From the human T2T-CHM13v2.0 reference genome, Homo sapiens: a stretch of 64,000 bases of DNA. The notes below the pieces were generated by a model, which saw only the letters and a list, made by a program, of their open reading frames with translations, searched no databases and was not told the DNA's origin. Of this stretch, positions 42,419 through 57,672 are shown one piece after another. The position numbers and the translations under genes are program-made. Where the stretch lies: the NCBI RefSeq assembly GCF_009914755.1, contig NC_060929.1. One strand, 5' to 3'. How positions within the stretch are numbered: position 1 is the stretch's first letter; every line of letters begins with the position of its first letter.

Positions 42419-44675
42419 TCAACACTTTAAATATGTCATGTCCACTCTCTCCTGGCACATAGGTTTCCCCTGAAACGTCTGCTGCCAGATGTATTGGATC
42501 TCCATTGTATGTTATTTATTTCTTTACTCTTGATACTTCCAGGATCCTTTCTTTATCCTTGACCTTTGGGAGCCTGATTATTAAGTGTCTTGAAGTAGTC
42601 CCCTATTCGAGTTAAATATGCTTGGTGTTTTATAACTTTCTTGTACTTAAATATTGATATATTTCTTTAGGTACAGGGAGTTCTCTGTTATTATCCCTTT
42701 GAATAAACTTTCTACCCCCATCTCTCTCTCTACCTCCTCCTTAAGGCCAATAATTCCTAGATTTCCGCTTTTGAGGCTATTTTCTAGATCCTGTAGGTAT
42801 ACTTTTTAAATTATTATTATTTTCTCTCCTATGACGGTATATTTTCAAATAGCCTGTCTTAAGATTACTGCTTCTTTCTTTCACCTGATAAATTCTGCTG
42901 GTTAGAGACTCTAATGCATTCTTCAGTATGTCCATTGTATTTTTCATCTCCAGAATTTCTGCTTAATTCTTTTTAATTATTTCAATCTCTTTGTTAAATT
43001 TATCTGATAAGATTCTGAATTCCTCTCTGTGTTATCTTGGATTTCACTGAGCTTCCTCAAATCAGCTATTTTGAATTCTCTGTCTGAAAGGTCACATATC
43101 TCTGTCACTCTGGGATTGGTTTCTGGTGCCTTATTTAGTTTGTTTGTGAAGTCATGTTTTCCTGGATGTTCTTGATGCTTATGGATGTTTGTCAATGTCT
43201 GGGCATTGAAAAGTTAAGTATTTGTTGCAGTCTTTGCAGTCTGGGCTTGTTTGTATCCATCCTTCTTGGAAAGGCTTTCCAACTATTCAAAGGGTATTGA
43301 GTGTTGTGATCTCAGTTTTGGTCAGTGTAGCTGTATCTGCATTAAGGATCACCTCAGGCCCAGTAATGCTATGACTACTGCAGACTTATAGAGGTATGTC
43401 TATAAGAGTAAAGCCCTCTTTACTCTTCCCTCTCATTTTCTCAGGCAGAGGGAAGGAATCTCTCCCAGAGCTGTAAGCTGTGCTGCCTGGGGTTGGGGGA
43501 AGGGTGACACAAGTACTTTCTTCGCTCTCCCAGCTGGTATATCACTAGGTTGCATGCAGCTCAAGTCCACTGGTTCCAAGCTCATCACAGCATCAGGACT
43601 TGCCCAGGAATTGCAATGCTTGTGGCCTAGACCACCTTTCAAGTTTATTTAGGACCCTAGAGTACTTTAGCCTTTAGTGGGGCTAACCAGAACTCAGTTT
43701 CTGACTTCTAGGATGGATGATTCCCATCTGGCTAGGGCTGGTCTTAGTGCGTCCTCTGTGGGTGCCAGCCAGATTCCACCTTGTGTTGCTTTCCACTGAG
43801 ACAGGTGGCACTGAGTTCCAATACAGTGTCCCACAGTCACTGTGCTGTTCTTCCCTCCAAGCACACAGATTCTCTCTCTCTGCCATGCAGCTGCTGCGGG
43901 GGACAGGGGTAGCATGGTGTTGGCCTTTTAAGACTGTCTTTCCTAACCTCTTCAGTGCCTCTTTCCTTGCTATGATGTTAAAATCAGGTATTGCGGTTGC
44001 TCATCTGGTATTTGGTTCATATGAAAGTCCTTTCTTTGGGGGATAGTTGTTCAATTTGGTTTTCCTGCAGAGGTGACAATAGCTGGAGGGTTCTATTCAG
44101 TTATCCTGCTCTACCTCTTCACCATTAAATTTCTTTGTCTTTTTTTGCATCTGAGTGCTTGAGATGCATTTGATTTTCTTATCTGCAGTGTTCTGGGATT
44201 TGTTAAGAAACTTTTTAGCCATACAGAAAATTTCAAATAATGTTACAGTAAACACCCATGTATTCTCCCTTAGAGTCTATCTGAACATTTTACTATACTT
44301 TTACTATGACAGATCTGTCCATCTAGTCATCCTTGCATTTTTGATGAATCTAAAAGTAAGTTTCAGAAATCAGTATACTTTTCTCCAGACATTTCAGCAT
44401 GTATATAACTAGAGTTCAGTATTAATTTACAGTTCTTGTTTTAGGGCAAAGTTTTCACGTGACAAAATATGCAAATTTTAAGCCTAACATTAGATGAGTT
44501 TTGTGCAATCCAAACCTCTATCAAGATATAGAATATTATCATAACCATAGAATGTTCTATCATGTTTCTTCCCAGTCAATGCTTATTCCTAACCTCTTGA
44601 GACAACCATTCTTCAGATTTTTTCTCAACATAGATTAGTTTGACCTGCTAGAAATTCACATATATGGAATCATAT

Positions 44676-45391
44676 TGTTAGCTGTAGCAAATCTGCCTGG
44701 GTCTGCAGCAACCTTAATTCTTGCTGCCTCAGAAGAAAGAATTTGACTGAGGGGGCATATGGCAGAGTGAGAGACTGAGGCAAGTTTTAGAGCAGGAGAG
44801 AAAGTTTATTAAAATGTTTTAGAGCAGGAATGAAAGGAAGTAAAGTAAACTTGGAAGAAGACCAAGTGAGCGACTTGAGAGATTCAAGTGTGTGGTTTGA
44901 ACTTTGACTGGGATTTTATATGTTAGCATGGTTTCGGGGTGTTGTATCCCTTCTCCTCTGATTCTTCCCTTGGGGTGGGCTGTCCACATGCACAGGGGCC
45001 CACTAACACTTGGGAGGGGATGCATGCACAGTGTGTTTACTGAAGTTGTACACATGGTCACTTGAGGTGTTCTTCCCTTACCAGTCGAGTGTTTTGGAGG
45101 AAGGTCATAGGCCAGTTAAACTCCACCATTTTGCCTCTTAATGCTCATGCTTGAGCCCACTCGCCCAACTCCTGAGATCTTTTTAGGAAACTGCTGATCA
45201 CCAGTTTCAGCTGTTTTCTGTCTGTTGGAGACAGCCTTTCCCTGGCACCAGCTGCAACCAATTACTATTTTAGAGCGACAGTTTAACAACCTCCTGACCA
45301 TCACCTGATGGTTGCCTGACATTCCTGGTTTGGTGGGGTTGGGGGGCCCTCTCCTGCCCTGCTCATGTCTGCCTAACTACCTACTGTAACA
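44676..45391 (-). mobile_element. MER50-like ERV1 solo LTR
   Basis: TGTTA...TAACA termini; 4-bp TSD ATAT; AGTTTTAGAGCAGGA internal repeat and AAAGTTTATT (minus-strand polyA signal). Confidence 0.8.
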
Positions 45392-45494
45392 ATATCACAT
45401 TTATTTCTTTGAGTCTCTATTTTTTCAATCTGCATAATGATTTTTTTATTCATTCATCGTGTTCCTCATTTCTTTTTTATCACTGAATAATTTT

Positions 45495-45918
45495 CTTAGC
45501 CTGGGTAACTTGAGAAGAAGATAAAAGGACAGGATTAGATGTGTAAGAAATTGTTGAGGGAAATGCCCATGAAGGATAAAGGGAAGGGAGTTGGAGTAGG
45601 TAGGGAGAGCCTTCAGACTGCTGTGTTGGTCTGACACCTGTGAAAGAGAAGGGGACAGCGGAGGACTGTGTAGGAAGAGCCACGGACTCCAGAGCAGCTC
45701 AGAGAAAGTCCTAGGCAGGCCAATGCAGAGTTCTCCACCCAGAGTTGCCTGTTAAAGGAGTCCCAAAGTCTTCATTATTACGTTGCCAGCTTAGTCATCC
45801 ATAAGGAGGAGCCATAATATTTGTAAGGGTGGAGCTAAAGGGCAATAGTTGGGGCTCTGGTGGGCTTTGCTCCCCTCAGCAGGAAGTCTGAATGGAGCCT
45901 ATTCATGACCTCCACAGC
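45495..45918 (-). mobile_element. LTR16-family ERVL LTR
   Basis: GGGAGAGCCTTCAGACTG..GGTCTGACACCTGTGAAAG motif. Confidence 0.65.
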
Positions 45919-46974
45919 ACTGTTCCACCTTATGAATATTACACCCTGTGCTTATTCTCCTAGTGACAGAAACTTAGGCTGTTTCCAGTTTCTGCCTATT
46001 ATGAATTTTATATGGTCTTCTAAAAGTTTTCTTTCTTATTTTTTTGGTCTTGATCTAATGTTTTGAATAATGTTTTTAAAAGGGTGAAAAAATCAAATTT
46101 TTTTGGATAAAGTTTCTATCACTATTCTTGTACAATTTCTTTTGTAAACATACATTTTTATTACTCTACTGTAAATACCCAAGCGTGGAATTGTTGGATC
46201 ATAGGTTTAGGTGTGTTTCTATAAGAAATTTCCAAATCTTTTCCCAAAGTGGTTGTATGATTTTTCACTCCCACAAATAATGTGTGAATTCCAGTTGCAT
46301 AATATATTGATCAACATTTAGTGTTTTTAACTTTACCTGTTTCGGTGGACGTCTTGTTGTAGCTCATTGTCATTTTAATTTGCGTCTCGCATATACTTAA
46401 TGAACATTTTTTTGGTCACAAATGCACTTTCTTTTCTGTGGAAGACCATTCAATTTATATTGCACTGAATAAGATTTGCCCATGGGCCATACAGTCTGAA
46501 CATGCATTCCCCTAATTCTCCTTCAAAGTTAAGTGTGAATAAAGAAGTTTGGGTCTATTAAACTCAAATTTTTAATGATGTGAGCACTAAATCTTTCTGT
46601 AAAAGACAATGTAATTTTAATCTTTAATTTCTCAAAAATAGCTGACTTTTTTTTTTTTGTAGTTGCGAAATGTGTCAAACACCTGTTTGGGTCTCGGTTC
46701 CCATCTGTTTAATATAGCAGGTATGAATTAAGTGTTGCCACCCAGAGCATACTGCTTATTTAGAGGGCATGTCAGAGCCTATCTGGAGTGATTTTTCTAC
46801 AGAGCTCTGAGATGGGATCCAGGAGGGGTCTCTGACCCCAGGGATAAGATAAAGACATTTGTATATCCTCCTGCTTCCTATAAAATGGAGCTATATGGTC
46901 TTTCCTATTGAGAAAAATATGTGACTCTTCATTTTTCTTTATTTAAATATGAACAGTGGCAACTTGAGGCAAGA

Positions 46975-47085
46975 CCATGAATTTCAAGTTACAGAGGTCT
47001 TGTTTCAAATCCTGATTTACATATAATTTACCTACTTTGTGACTCTGGGGAAATTACATAAATTCTCTGAGCCTCATTTATTTTG
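46975..47085 (+). mobile_element. MIR fragment
   Basis: TTTCAAATCCTG..TGTGACTCTGGGG..TTCTCTGAGCCTCATTT. Confidence 0.6.
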
Positions 47086-47087
47086 TT

Positions 47088-47535
47088 AAAGGTATCTATT
47101 GCTGTGAAACAAACCATCCTAAAAGTTAGTGGCTTAACACAATAACAATGTATTTCTTCTCATATTTCTGTGGTATGACTGGGAGGTTCTTCTTCTTTTC
47201 ATAGGATCAGCTGGAGCATGGGGAAAATTAGAAGGTCCAAAATAGTCTCGTTCACATGACTGGCAATTGCTTCTGGCCCTGGCTCCCAGCTGGGACCTTA
47301 GCTAGGGTTGTTGGCCAGTGGTCTCTCTACCCGAGCCTCACTGTGTGGCTTCTTGGGCATCCCTAGAATTGGGTTCCAAGAGGGAACATTTCAAAAAGGC
47401 AAGTTGCAATGTGCAAGCACTTCTCATGCAGCAGCTTACTTTATGGGTGCTGTGTACCATTGGCCAAAGCTAGTCACATGGTCAGCCCCAGTATCATACA
47501 GTGCAATGAATACTTGAAGGTGTGTTTTATTGAGG
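47088..47535 (-). mobile_element. MLT1-type MaLR LTR
   Basis: TCTATTGCTGTGAAACAAACCATCCTAAAAGTTAGTGGCTTAACACAA..CCATTGGCCAAAGCTAGTCACATGG. Confidence 0.7.
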
Positions 47536-48016
47536 GCCATAGAAGTCTATCACAATTTGCCTTAAATATTCCCTGCTCTCATTTGCTCCTGAAGTAGCTG
47601 TTTCTTTCTTTCTTTCTCGATAACTGTGATTCCTTCTACAATGCTAATTTCACAGTCTTCTAAAAGTTTCCTTTCTTATTTTTTGGTTCTAATCTAATGT
47701 TTTGAAGAAAGATTACAAAAGGGTGACAAAATTCAATATTTTTAAGCAAATATAAATTTAAAAGCATGGAAATGATGTGAACATAAGAGAGAAGGAAAAG
47801 GTCTTATTTTTTTCTCCCATTTTACTGATTATCAAGTTTAAAAGTTAAATATATTTTTGAGAAAACACAGCATGTTGGTTTTTAAAAAATGCTTTAATTT
47901 TTACACTTTCGAAACAACCAAGATGCTTGGAAGGTATCATTTATTTGAGGGTGGTAGTTGATTTCTCCTTCTCTTTATTTAAATTAATTTCTCCTAAATT
48001 TAAAATTATAGGGTCG

Positions 48017-48356
48017 CCTTAGTCAGTTTTGGCCACTGTAACAAAGTACCATATATTGAGTGGCTTATGAAAACCAAAAATGTATTTCTCACAGTCCTGG
48101 AGGTGTGAGAACTGAGATAAGGATGCCAGCATGGTCGGGTTCTGGTGAGGGCATTTCTCCAGGCTGCAGGTGACTCACTTCTCACTGTGTCCTCACTTAA
48201 GGGAAGCAAAGCTAGAGAACCCTCTGATCCCATTCATGAGGGCTCCACCCTCATGACCCAGTTACCTCCCAAAGGCCCCACCACCTAATACTATCATAAT
48301 GGAAATTAGAATTTTAACATACAAACTTTGGGAGAAGCAAATATTCAGTCCATTAC
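48017..48356 (-). mobile_element. MST/MLT1A-type MaLR solo LTR
   Basis: CTTAGTCAGTTTTGGCCACTGTAACAAAGTACCAT..CATTCATGAGGGCTCCACCCTCATGACC..CCTCCCAAAGGCCCCAC. Confidence 0.8.
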
Positions 48357-49803
48357 GACGGTAGTAGGAATCAAACTTTCCCTGAAAGCTTTTTACACTA
48401 ATAAAAAGCCACTCATTCATGCTATACAGTTGGGAAGGACTTTAATAATAGTGAGTGTCATTATTTAAACACAATATATTCTGCGGTAATGAAGATAGTG
48501 AATAGTAATACATCTACTTTAACAATAGAATGTGAATGATTAATAGTTGAAATGCGCAATACACATATTTTTAAAATACAACTTATTCGATAGTCCTAAC
48601 ACCTTACTCCCGCCAAAAAACACCATTGATTCAAACATGGATCATTACAGTACTTAAACTAAATAGATAGTATTGAAGTTAAATTAACAGTAAATTACAA
48701 TTAAAAACCAAGGTTAGAAGCAATTGGTTACTCTGACCAACTCAAGTCAATATCAAGGATGCACTGCTAATAAGTCATCCTTCTTAAAAATGTATGAGAG
48801 TTCTAATTAGTGCCTCACTGCTAAGCTATGTACAGAAGTCAGCTGATTCAACATTTTTCTTAGGAATGTAACATAAAAGAGCCTTGCTTTTCTATTCTTC
48901 TAGAAAAAAAAATTAGAATATGGAAAATTCCAGCACTTACTCTTATGATTTTTACTGTGTGACTTCTGGAAAAACTATTTGTGTCCCCAAAATGTATTAG
49001 GAATATCCTAACTTCTGGGGTGGTCTATTTTTCTTTTCTGCAAAGTACACACACATACACACACACTCAAACTGTCTAACTTTCGGTGTCAGAAGGGATA
49101 ATCAACTTTGGAAAACTGGTTATAAAACCCAAAATGTGCTGGAGTTGAATAGCTGTGAAATAAATTTTAATCTCACTAGTCAAATTGTGGCTTATCATTG
49201 ATGTCACTGGAAGTGATATAAAGTGTACTATGTCCACAATACAAATGTTCATTGTTTCTGAATTCCACTAATTTTTTGTATGGTGAAAAAAATGTTTTTC
49301 TCTAAAACAGTGATTGAGGTGAGACAGGACACACTGAAGTGGTTTTGAGTCCATTTGAATGGGGACCTGACGGATGTGACTTTCATTCTCCCAGTTCTCA
49401 GTGAGTGGGTGGTCATTTCCTCCTCTTTTTTTCCAGGAACTGAACAGTATTTTTAGATTTTTTTCTTAAAGATTTTATTTAAGTTAAAATAGATCCTAGT
49501 GTCTGCAATCACCATTCATTGAAATCACGTCTTATACACACCATAGGGATGTATACTGACTTGAAACTGTGAAGTGTTTATAGAATTCTTAAAGGAGAGA
49601 AAAAATTAACCTTGGGAGTAGTTTATAAAACACACCAAATGAACCCTTTTAAATGAAAGATCAACTTAAAAAAATTCGCAAATCTATATTCATTGTAAAA
49701 AACTTGAAAAATGTAGATAAAAGCAAGAAAAAAGTAATTTAAAAATCTCATCCTTGATACACATGATTAACATTTTGGGATATACTATCAGGACTATTTT
49801 TAA

Positions 49804-49806
<3 letters not shown>

Positions 49807-49835
<29 letters not shown>
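49807..49835 (+). repeat. (TA)n microsatellite, ~14 units
   Basis: uninterrupted TATATA run. Confidence 0.95.
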
Positions 49836-49837
<2 letters not shown>

Positions 49838-50759
49838 TAGGATAATTTATTGAAATATTGTTTTTTGTTCTCTTGCTGTAGGTAATTTTCCCTTCTACAT
49901 TCCAAGACTAGTGGCCAAGTCTTTTTTCCTTACTGAAGGAAATTAATAACGACTTTTCTGTGGCAGGGCCAGGAGTAAAAGTTGCCAGACAAAGAAAGAA
50001 CCATACCCATGGAGAGTTTTTGTTAAAGGTAGAATCATGCAGCAATAGAATCAGATTGTCTAAGCAGAGAAGGACATCCTGGAACTTGTGAAACTGGGGA
50101 GGAGGAAGGTTTTGAGAGCTTTTCCCAGGGCCAGATACGGGGATAGGGCAGATATGAGAGTTTCTGCACCTTGCTGTCTCCCAGGACCCCAGGGACTGTC
50201 AGGACCTCTGGGAGACTGGATGAGTTATGGCCCTCTGAGGCTGAGTGCCAATCACCATCCTGACATGAACCCCTGGGCTCACGCTTGACATTGAAACTCC
50301 AGAGCCTCTAACCTTCAGGGTCCAGGCAAGATTAATAATGAACATATCCCCAGTGACCCTTTTGGACTAGAGACCAAGGGGAATTAGAGAACAAGGGGGC
50401 TTTTCCCAAATGTCCTGGTCTACATAGTTCCTCTGAGATACTTGCATAAGCCTGGAGAAGATGACCCTACAGACATGATCAAAATACAATTTTCCAACCT
50501 GTTAGTAGGAGGCCCTTGGGGGAGATACTATTTTTCAGAGGTTCATACTAATGTGATATTTTGGAGTAAAATTCAGAGCCACTGCACATAAGCACCCACC
50601 CAGGAGTGCAGCCAAGTTGGTTCACAACCTGTTTAACTGCAAATATTTGATTTGGTGCCTCAATAATGACTGAAATGGAATTTCCTTCCATCTGAAGACT
50701 CAGAGAGCAATTTAAATTTATTTAAAGAAAGTAAAGAAAGTGTGGTATTTTTAAAACTT

Positions 50760-50965
50760 AGCATAGTAGTTCAGAGAGAAAACTCTAAATTATTGCACAG
50801 GTTCAATCACATCTCCTCCAATTACAATCTATTGTGACCTTGGACAAGGGACTGAGTTTTTCTGTTACTGCATTATTTATAAGACAAGATCAGTAACAGT
50901 GCTCATGTTACAGGGTTGTTATAAGGAATAAACTAATCAGAACAATTAGAACAATATCTGGCACT
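50760..50965 (+). mobile_element. MIR SINE
   Basis: TGTGACCTTGGACAAG..AGGGTTGTTATAAGGAATAAA..TCTGGCAC. Confidence 0.7.
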
Positions 50966-50999
50966 TTAAAGTTTTGGTATATAATTTTTGATATATAGT

Positions 51000-53100
<2,101 letters not shown>

Positions 53101-53395
53101 TGGTCTGCCTAGGTGGTATAGGTTCAGGATGAAGTAGGCTAGTTTCTAACTTTCAACAATGACTTTTTTTCTCCTTTTCTCAGTGTCTAAGTGGTGAAGA
53201 GTTGATGTTTGAGGGAAGAATGTTTCTGCTTCCCCTGAAAGAGCTCATGACCTGACAGTCCAAGTTTCATAAGCGGAGGAGCCCCACTCCTCTTAGATTT
53301 CCCTCTTTTGAATGGACTTTGAGGCTTGTGTCTGTAATTTACTGATATTTTACATAGTGTAATATTAAAATTAGAAGTGGATTTAAAATGGATTA

Positions 53396-53691
53396 TTTTT
53401 GTTTTTTTTTGAGACAGAGTCTTGCTCTGTTGCCCAGGCTGGAGTGCAGTGGCACATTCCCGGCTTACTGCAACCTCTGCCTCCCGGGTTCAAGCATTCT
53501 TCTGCCTCAGCCTCCCGAGTAGCTGGGATTATGGGCACACACCATCATGCCCAACTACGTTTTGTATTTTTAGTAGAGATGGGGTTTCACCATATTGGCT
53601 AGGCTGGTCTCGAACTCCTGAGCTCAGATGATCCACCCTCCTCAGCCTCCCAAAGTGCTATGATTATATGTTTGAGCCACTGTGCCTGGCC
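53396..53691 (-). mobile_element. Alu (AluS-type)
   Basis: poly(T) plus full Alu body. Confidence 0.95.
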
Positions 53692-54384
53692 TAAAGTTGA
53701 TTTTAAAAATGATATGCAGATAAAGCATAAATCATGAAGATAGTAAGCTGCATGACTGCTGTATTGACAAATATCAAGAGTAGGTTTGGCTTGATGGTGA
53801 GAGCAGACTCAGAAACTCAGGGGCATATTAGACATAGTTTACACAATCAAAGGCTGGAGAATGAAACTAGAGCAGCTACGATCCACAATAGCAAGATCAG
53901 CAACATTTTTTAGGACGGGCAGATATACACGCTTCTAGATCTCAAAATCTTCACTGGGGTCATGCAATTTCAGGTAATAACATGAGTCACTGAAGTTCAC
54001 ATTAGAGCTTCTAGAAGCTCAGCTATTCCCTCCAGTTTCAATTTCAATACATAAGTCTCGAGCCATTTGTAGGTAGGCTAGTTTGGCTGCATGCTGGAGA
54101 CCCCTCATCCTGGCCTGGTGCACTTCATTCGTCTCTGTATTATACAAAATACAAAATACACAGAGCCCATTTTGGTACAGAACACAGGCCAGGAACACAG
54201 CCCTAATTTATTACCTTTTCCCATCCCAGTCTGGCCAGATCTGGTTCAAGGCCATTTCTGAACTCAGTGCTGTGGGATGAAAACCAAGATCAATTGCTCA
54301 GACTTCTCTGGCTACAGGGTTCATATGTAAATAAGTGAAGTTTTGGTCTAGTAAAAACAGGTCTATTAGAAATACAGTCCATCA

Positions 54385-54851
54385 GGAATTACAGATCAGG
54401 GAGGGCTTTAAAGGGAACAGATATCACACTCAGAATAACTAAGGAGAGTTTATTTATACAAGGGACTAATTACAAAGAGGTGTGGGGTTTGGTGGTGGTG
54501 AAACACAAGGGATAGTGGAGAAACCTGAAGCTAGCAGAAACAAGCTTGTACCAACCTTAGAACTGAGTGGACAGTGGGAAGAAGACATTACCAGACCCCA
54601 GAAGGAGAGAATGTCTTATACAGCAGCCATCTAGAGTGAAAAAATAACCTTCTGTCAAGGAACACAGGCTGCCCAAATGTGCTCAATTTCCTTCCCCTCA
54701 GCTTTCTGCTGGTCAAACCAACTGGAAGCAAGAGGCCATGCAATTCTATTGATGTAACCCAGGCAAGTCAGCTTTCCTAGTTAGTGAACAAGATGGAAGG
54801 GTGGAGAGTGGAGAGTGGATTTGGAGGGATTAAGTGAGGGATTTCTGGCAT
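54385..54851 (-). mobile_element. LTR33-like solo LTR
   Basis: GGAACAGATATCACACTC..GGGACTAATTACAAAG..GGGTGGAGAGTGG..GGATTTGGAGGG; homologous to 10447-10901. Confidence 0.7.
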
Positions 54852-55478
54852 ATCAGAAGAACTGACATATAATCCAAGATAAGTCAATAAGTGCATCAAT
54901 TTGTAAGTCAACTGAAATCTCTAATACTTCACATGTGTAATCATCTATAAAATTTCTACCCTCTTATTTTAACAAGAATTTATTCAGTATGTCAACCATA
55001 CTGCTTTTCTTCACAATTTTAGGTCAGTCTCCCTAATTTCACCTACTTTATTCTCTTTGGAAGTTATTCTGATTATAGGTCTTCCAAAACTTTTCCAAAA
55101 TATTTTAGTTTTCCAGGATCTCTGCCATTGGTCTATTTTTTCTCTTCAAAATTTTTGAACTGCCTTGGATAAAATCCATGTGGGTAGAGTATTTATTGAT
55201 ATTGGGTCCTGTTAACTCATCTATCACTTCTGTCTTACTGATTCTGAGCTCTGTGCAGTGGAGTATCTGCCAATTCAGAAAAATGTTCGCTAGGGTTTTG
55301 TCCTTTTCAAAAATCACATGGATAATGATTGTCTAATGATTTTTATTGATGTCTGTAGTACACTTGGTTGTATAGATGAATGATGTATAACTTTGATGTC
55401 CTTTGGAACGTTCATTCGGTAGTGAAATTCTCAAAACTTAGAATAGACTATGTTGGGTTTCTTACAAGGAAGTTGTAA

Positions 55479-55844
<366 letters not shown>

Positions 55845-56149
55845 GGGAGTTGATTTTTTTGATCATTTATAATAGGCCAGTTGATGTGATAGATATTTTG
55901 TGCATGGAATTTAATCGAGTTACATTAACATTACAAGTTAGATAATCTCTAGTGAAAGAAACATATTTTAAGCTCCCAGAAGAATATGATGGGATAGCAT
56001 TTTTAAGGTCTTTCTAACCAAAGTAAAGTAAAGTAAATATTTGAGGTAGGAGTCTCTCCACCCAATGGAAGCCAAAAAGTCCAGTTAATATTTGATAGAA
56101 AGGTCTATATGTCATGGCAAGCTCGAAGTTTATGAGCCCTTCGGGGGAC

Positions 56150-57093
56150 TGTAGTGCTGCCTAGTTGCTCTCCCTGGTTTCTCGATGATCCTTCCAGTCC
56201 ATCTCCACACTACCAACCAGGTGTTCTTTCTAAAAATTCATTCTATCCCCACTGTTTCTTTACTTAAAACTGCCAATACTTGTAATGGCACTTAGCTAAA
56301 ATCCAGCATGTTTGACATGCCCGTACAAGGTCTTTGCTACCTCTCTGGCCTCAGTTCACATCATCTCCCCTACTTATGCTCCCACTGCCTGGATCACTCT
56401 TGTTTATGTCTATTCCTGAAAAGCTCCTCTCCTTCTTTCAGGTTTCACATTAAATGTCATGTCTTTAACGAAGCCATCATTTATCCTTCTACCTGAATAA
56501 GATCCCCTGGTATTCTCTCTAATTACACCCTTCATGTTTCCTTCAGATTCCTTATAGTGCTTTGTAATTATAGATTTGTTTCTGTGATTGTTTTTCTGAT
56601 GTCTGTCTTTTTTGTCAGACTGCATGTTCCATGAGGTCTATTTTGTTCAGTGTGGTCGTTTCTAACTTCGTGGCACAAGGCCAAGTACTAGGAGTGCTGT
56701 GTTCTGAATGTTTATGTCCCCCTACTCAAATTCATATGTTGAAACCTAATACCCAATGTGAAGGTATTTGGAGGTGGGACATTTGGGAGCTGATTAGTTT
56801 ATGAGGGCAGTCCTCTCATGAATGAGGTTAGTACCCTTAGAAAAGAGGAACCAGAGATCTGCCCTCCCAACTTCCGCCACATCAGGACACAGCAAAAGCA
56901 CCATCAGTGAATTGTAAAACAGGCCTCCCCAGTCACGGAATCTTCTAGTGTCTTGGTCTTAGACTTCCAGACTCCAGAACTGGGAGAAATCAATTTCTAT
57001 TATTTATAAGCTACCCAGTGTATGTTATTTTGTTAGCCTGAACAGACTAAGACAAGGATGCTTCAATAACATGTGCCAAATAAATGAATGAAT
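56150..57093 (+). mobile_element. L2 3' end interrupted by a MaLR LTR
   Basis: CCAGTCCATCTCCACAC..AGACTGCATGTTCCATGAGG..AATAAATGAATGAATG tail. Confidence 0.75.
56695..57054 (+). mobile_element. MST/MLT1A-type MaLR solo LTR
   Basis: TG..TGAATGTTTATGTCCCCC..AATTCATATGTTGAAACCTAA..AGACTAAGACA; 5-bp TSD-like AGGAG/AGGAT. Confidence 0.85.
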
Positions 57094-57597
57094 GACAGTA
57101 ACACAGTTCCTGTCCTCCAGGAGTTTAGTGTCAGAGATGACAATGGACAGAGATAAGATCACTGAACTGTGGTAAGTATTGGAAGAGTGGAATAGACAGA
57201 AGCACACAGTGCAAATTGGGAGAACCCTACAGGCAGGTTCAAGCCATTGGTCCCTTGAAGAAAAGAATTAAATCTTTCTTATCATTGAGAACATAATAAT
57301 TCAACTAGTAACAAGGGACTAAATGTTAGAGAATAAGTCTTGCAATTATTAAATAACTTGCTCTGTGGTTTAATGGGAGGCTCTGGAATTGAGAGTTGAA
57401 GCCTGTGTTCTGAGACTGACTAGCCATATCACTTTATACAAGTCCATTGCACTCTGCAGGCACAGATTATGTCCTTCCAGTATTACACTTATAAGACAAT
57501 TAGAGGGCAGTATATGAAGATGGAAGGGCATGTTAATGAAAGAAAGGGGACCTTTTAAGCTCGTGAAATTTCTTTCTACCTTACTTTGGAGTTCATG

Positions 57598-57672
57598 TTC
57601 TCTCTGTCTGTCTCTCTGTCTCTGTCTCTGTCTATATAAATATAGTCTGTGTGTGTGTGTGTGTGTGTGTGT
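57598..57672 (+). repeat. compound (CTCTGT)n / (TG)n microsatellite
   Basis: TCTCTGTCTG repeats followed by ~13 TG units. Confidence 0.9.

Larger units (their letters stand above)
44200..46450 (-). mobile_element. old L1M 3' fragment interrupted by two LTRs and a templated insert
   Basis: CAAGATATAGAATATT, TTCCAGTTTCTGCCTATTATGAAT and GGAATTGTTGGATCATAGG L1 3' motifs. Confidence 0.7.
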
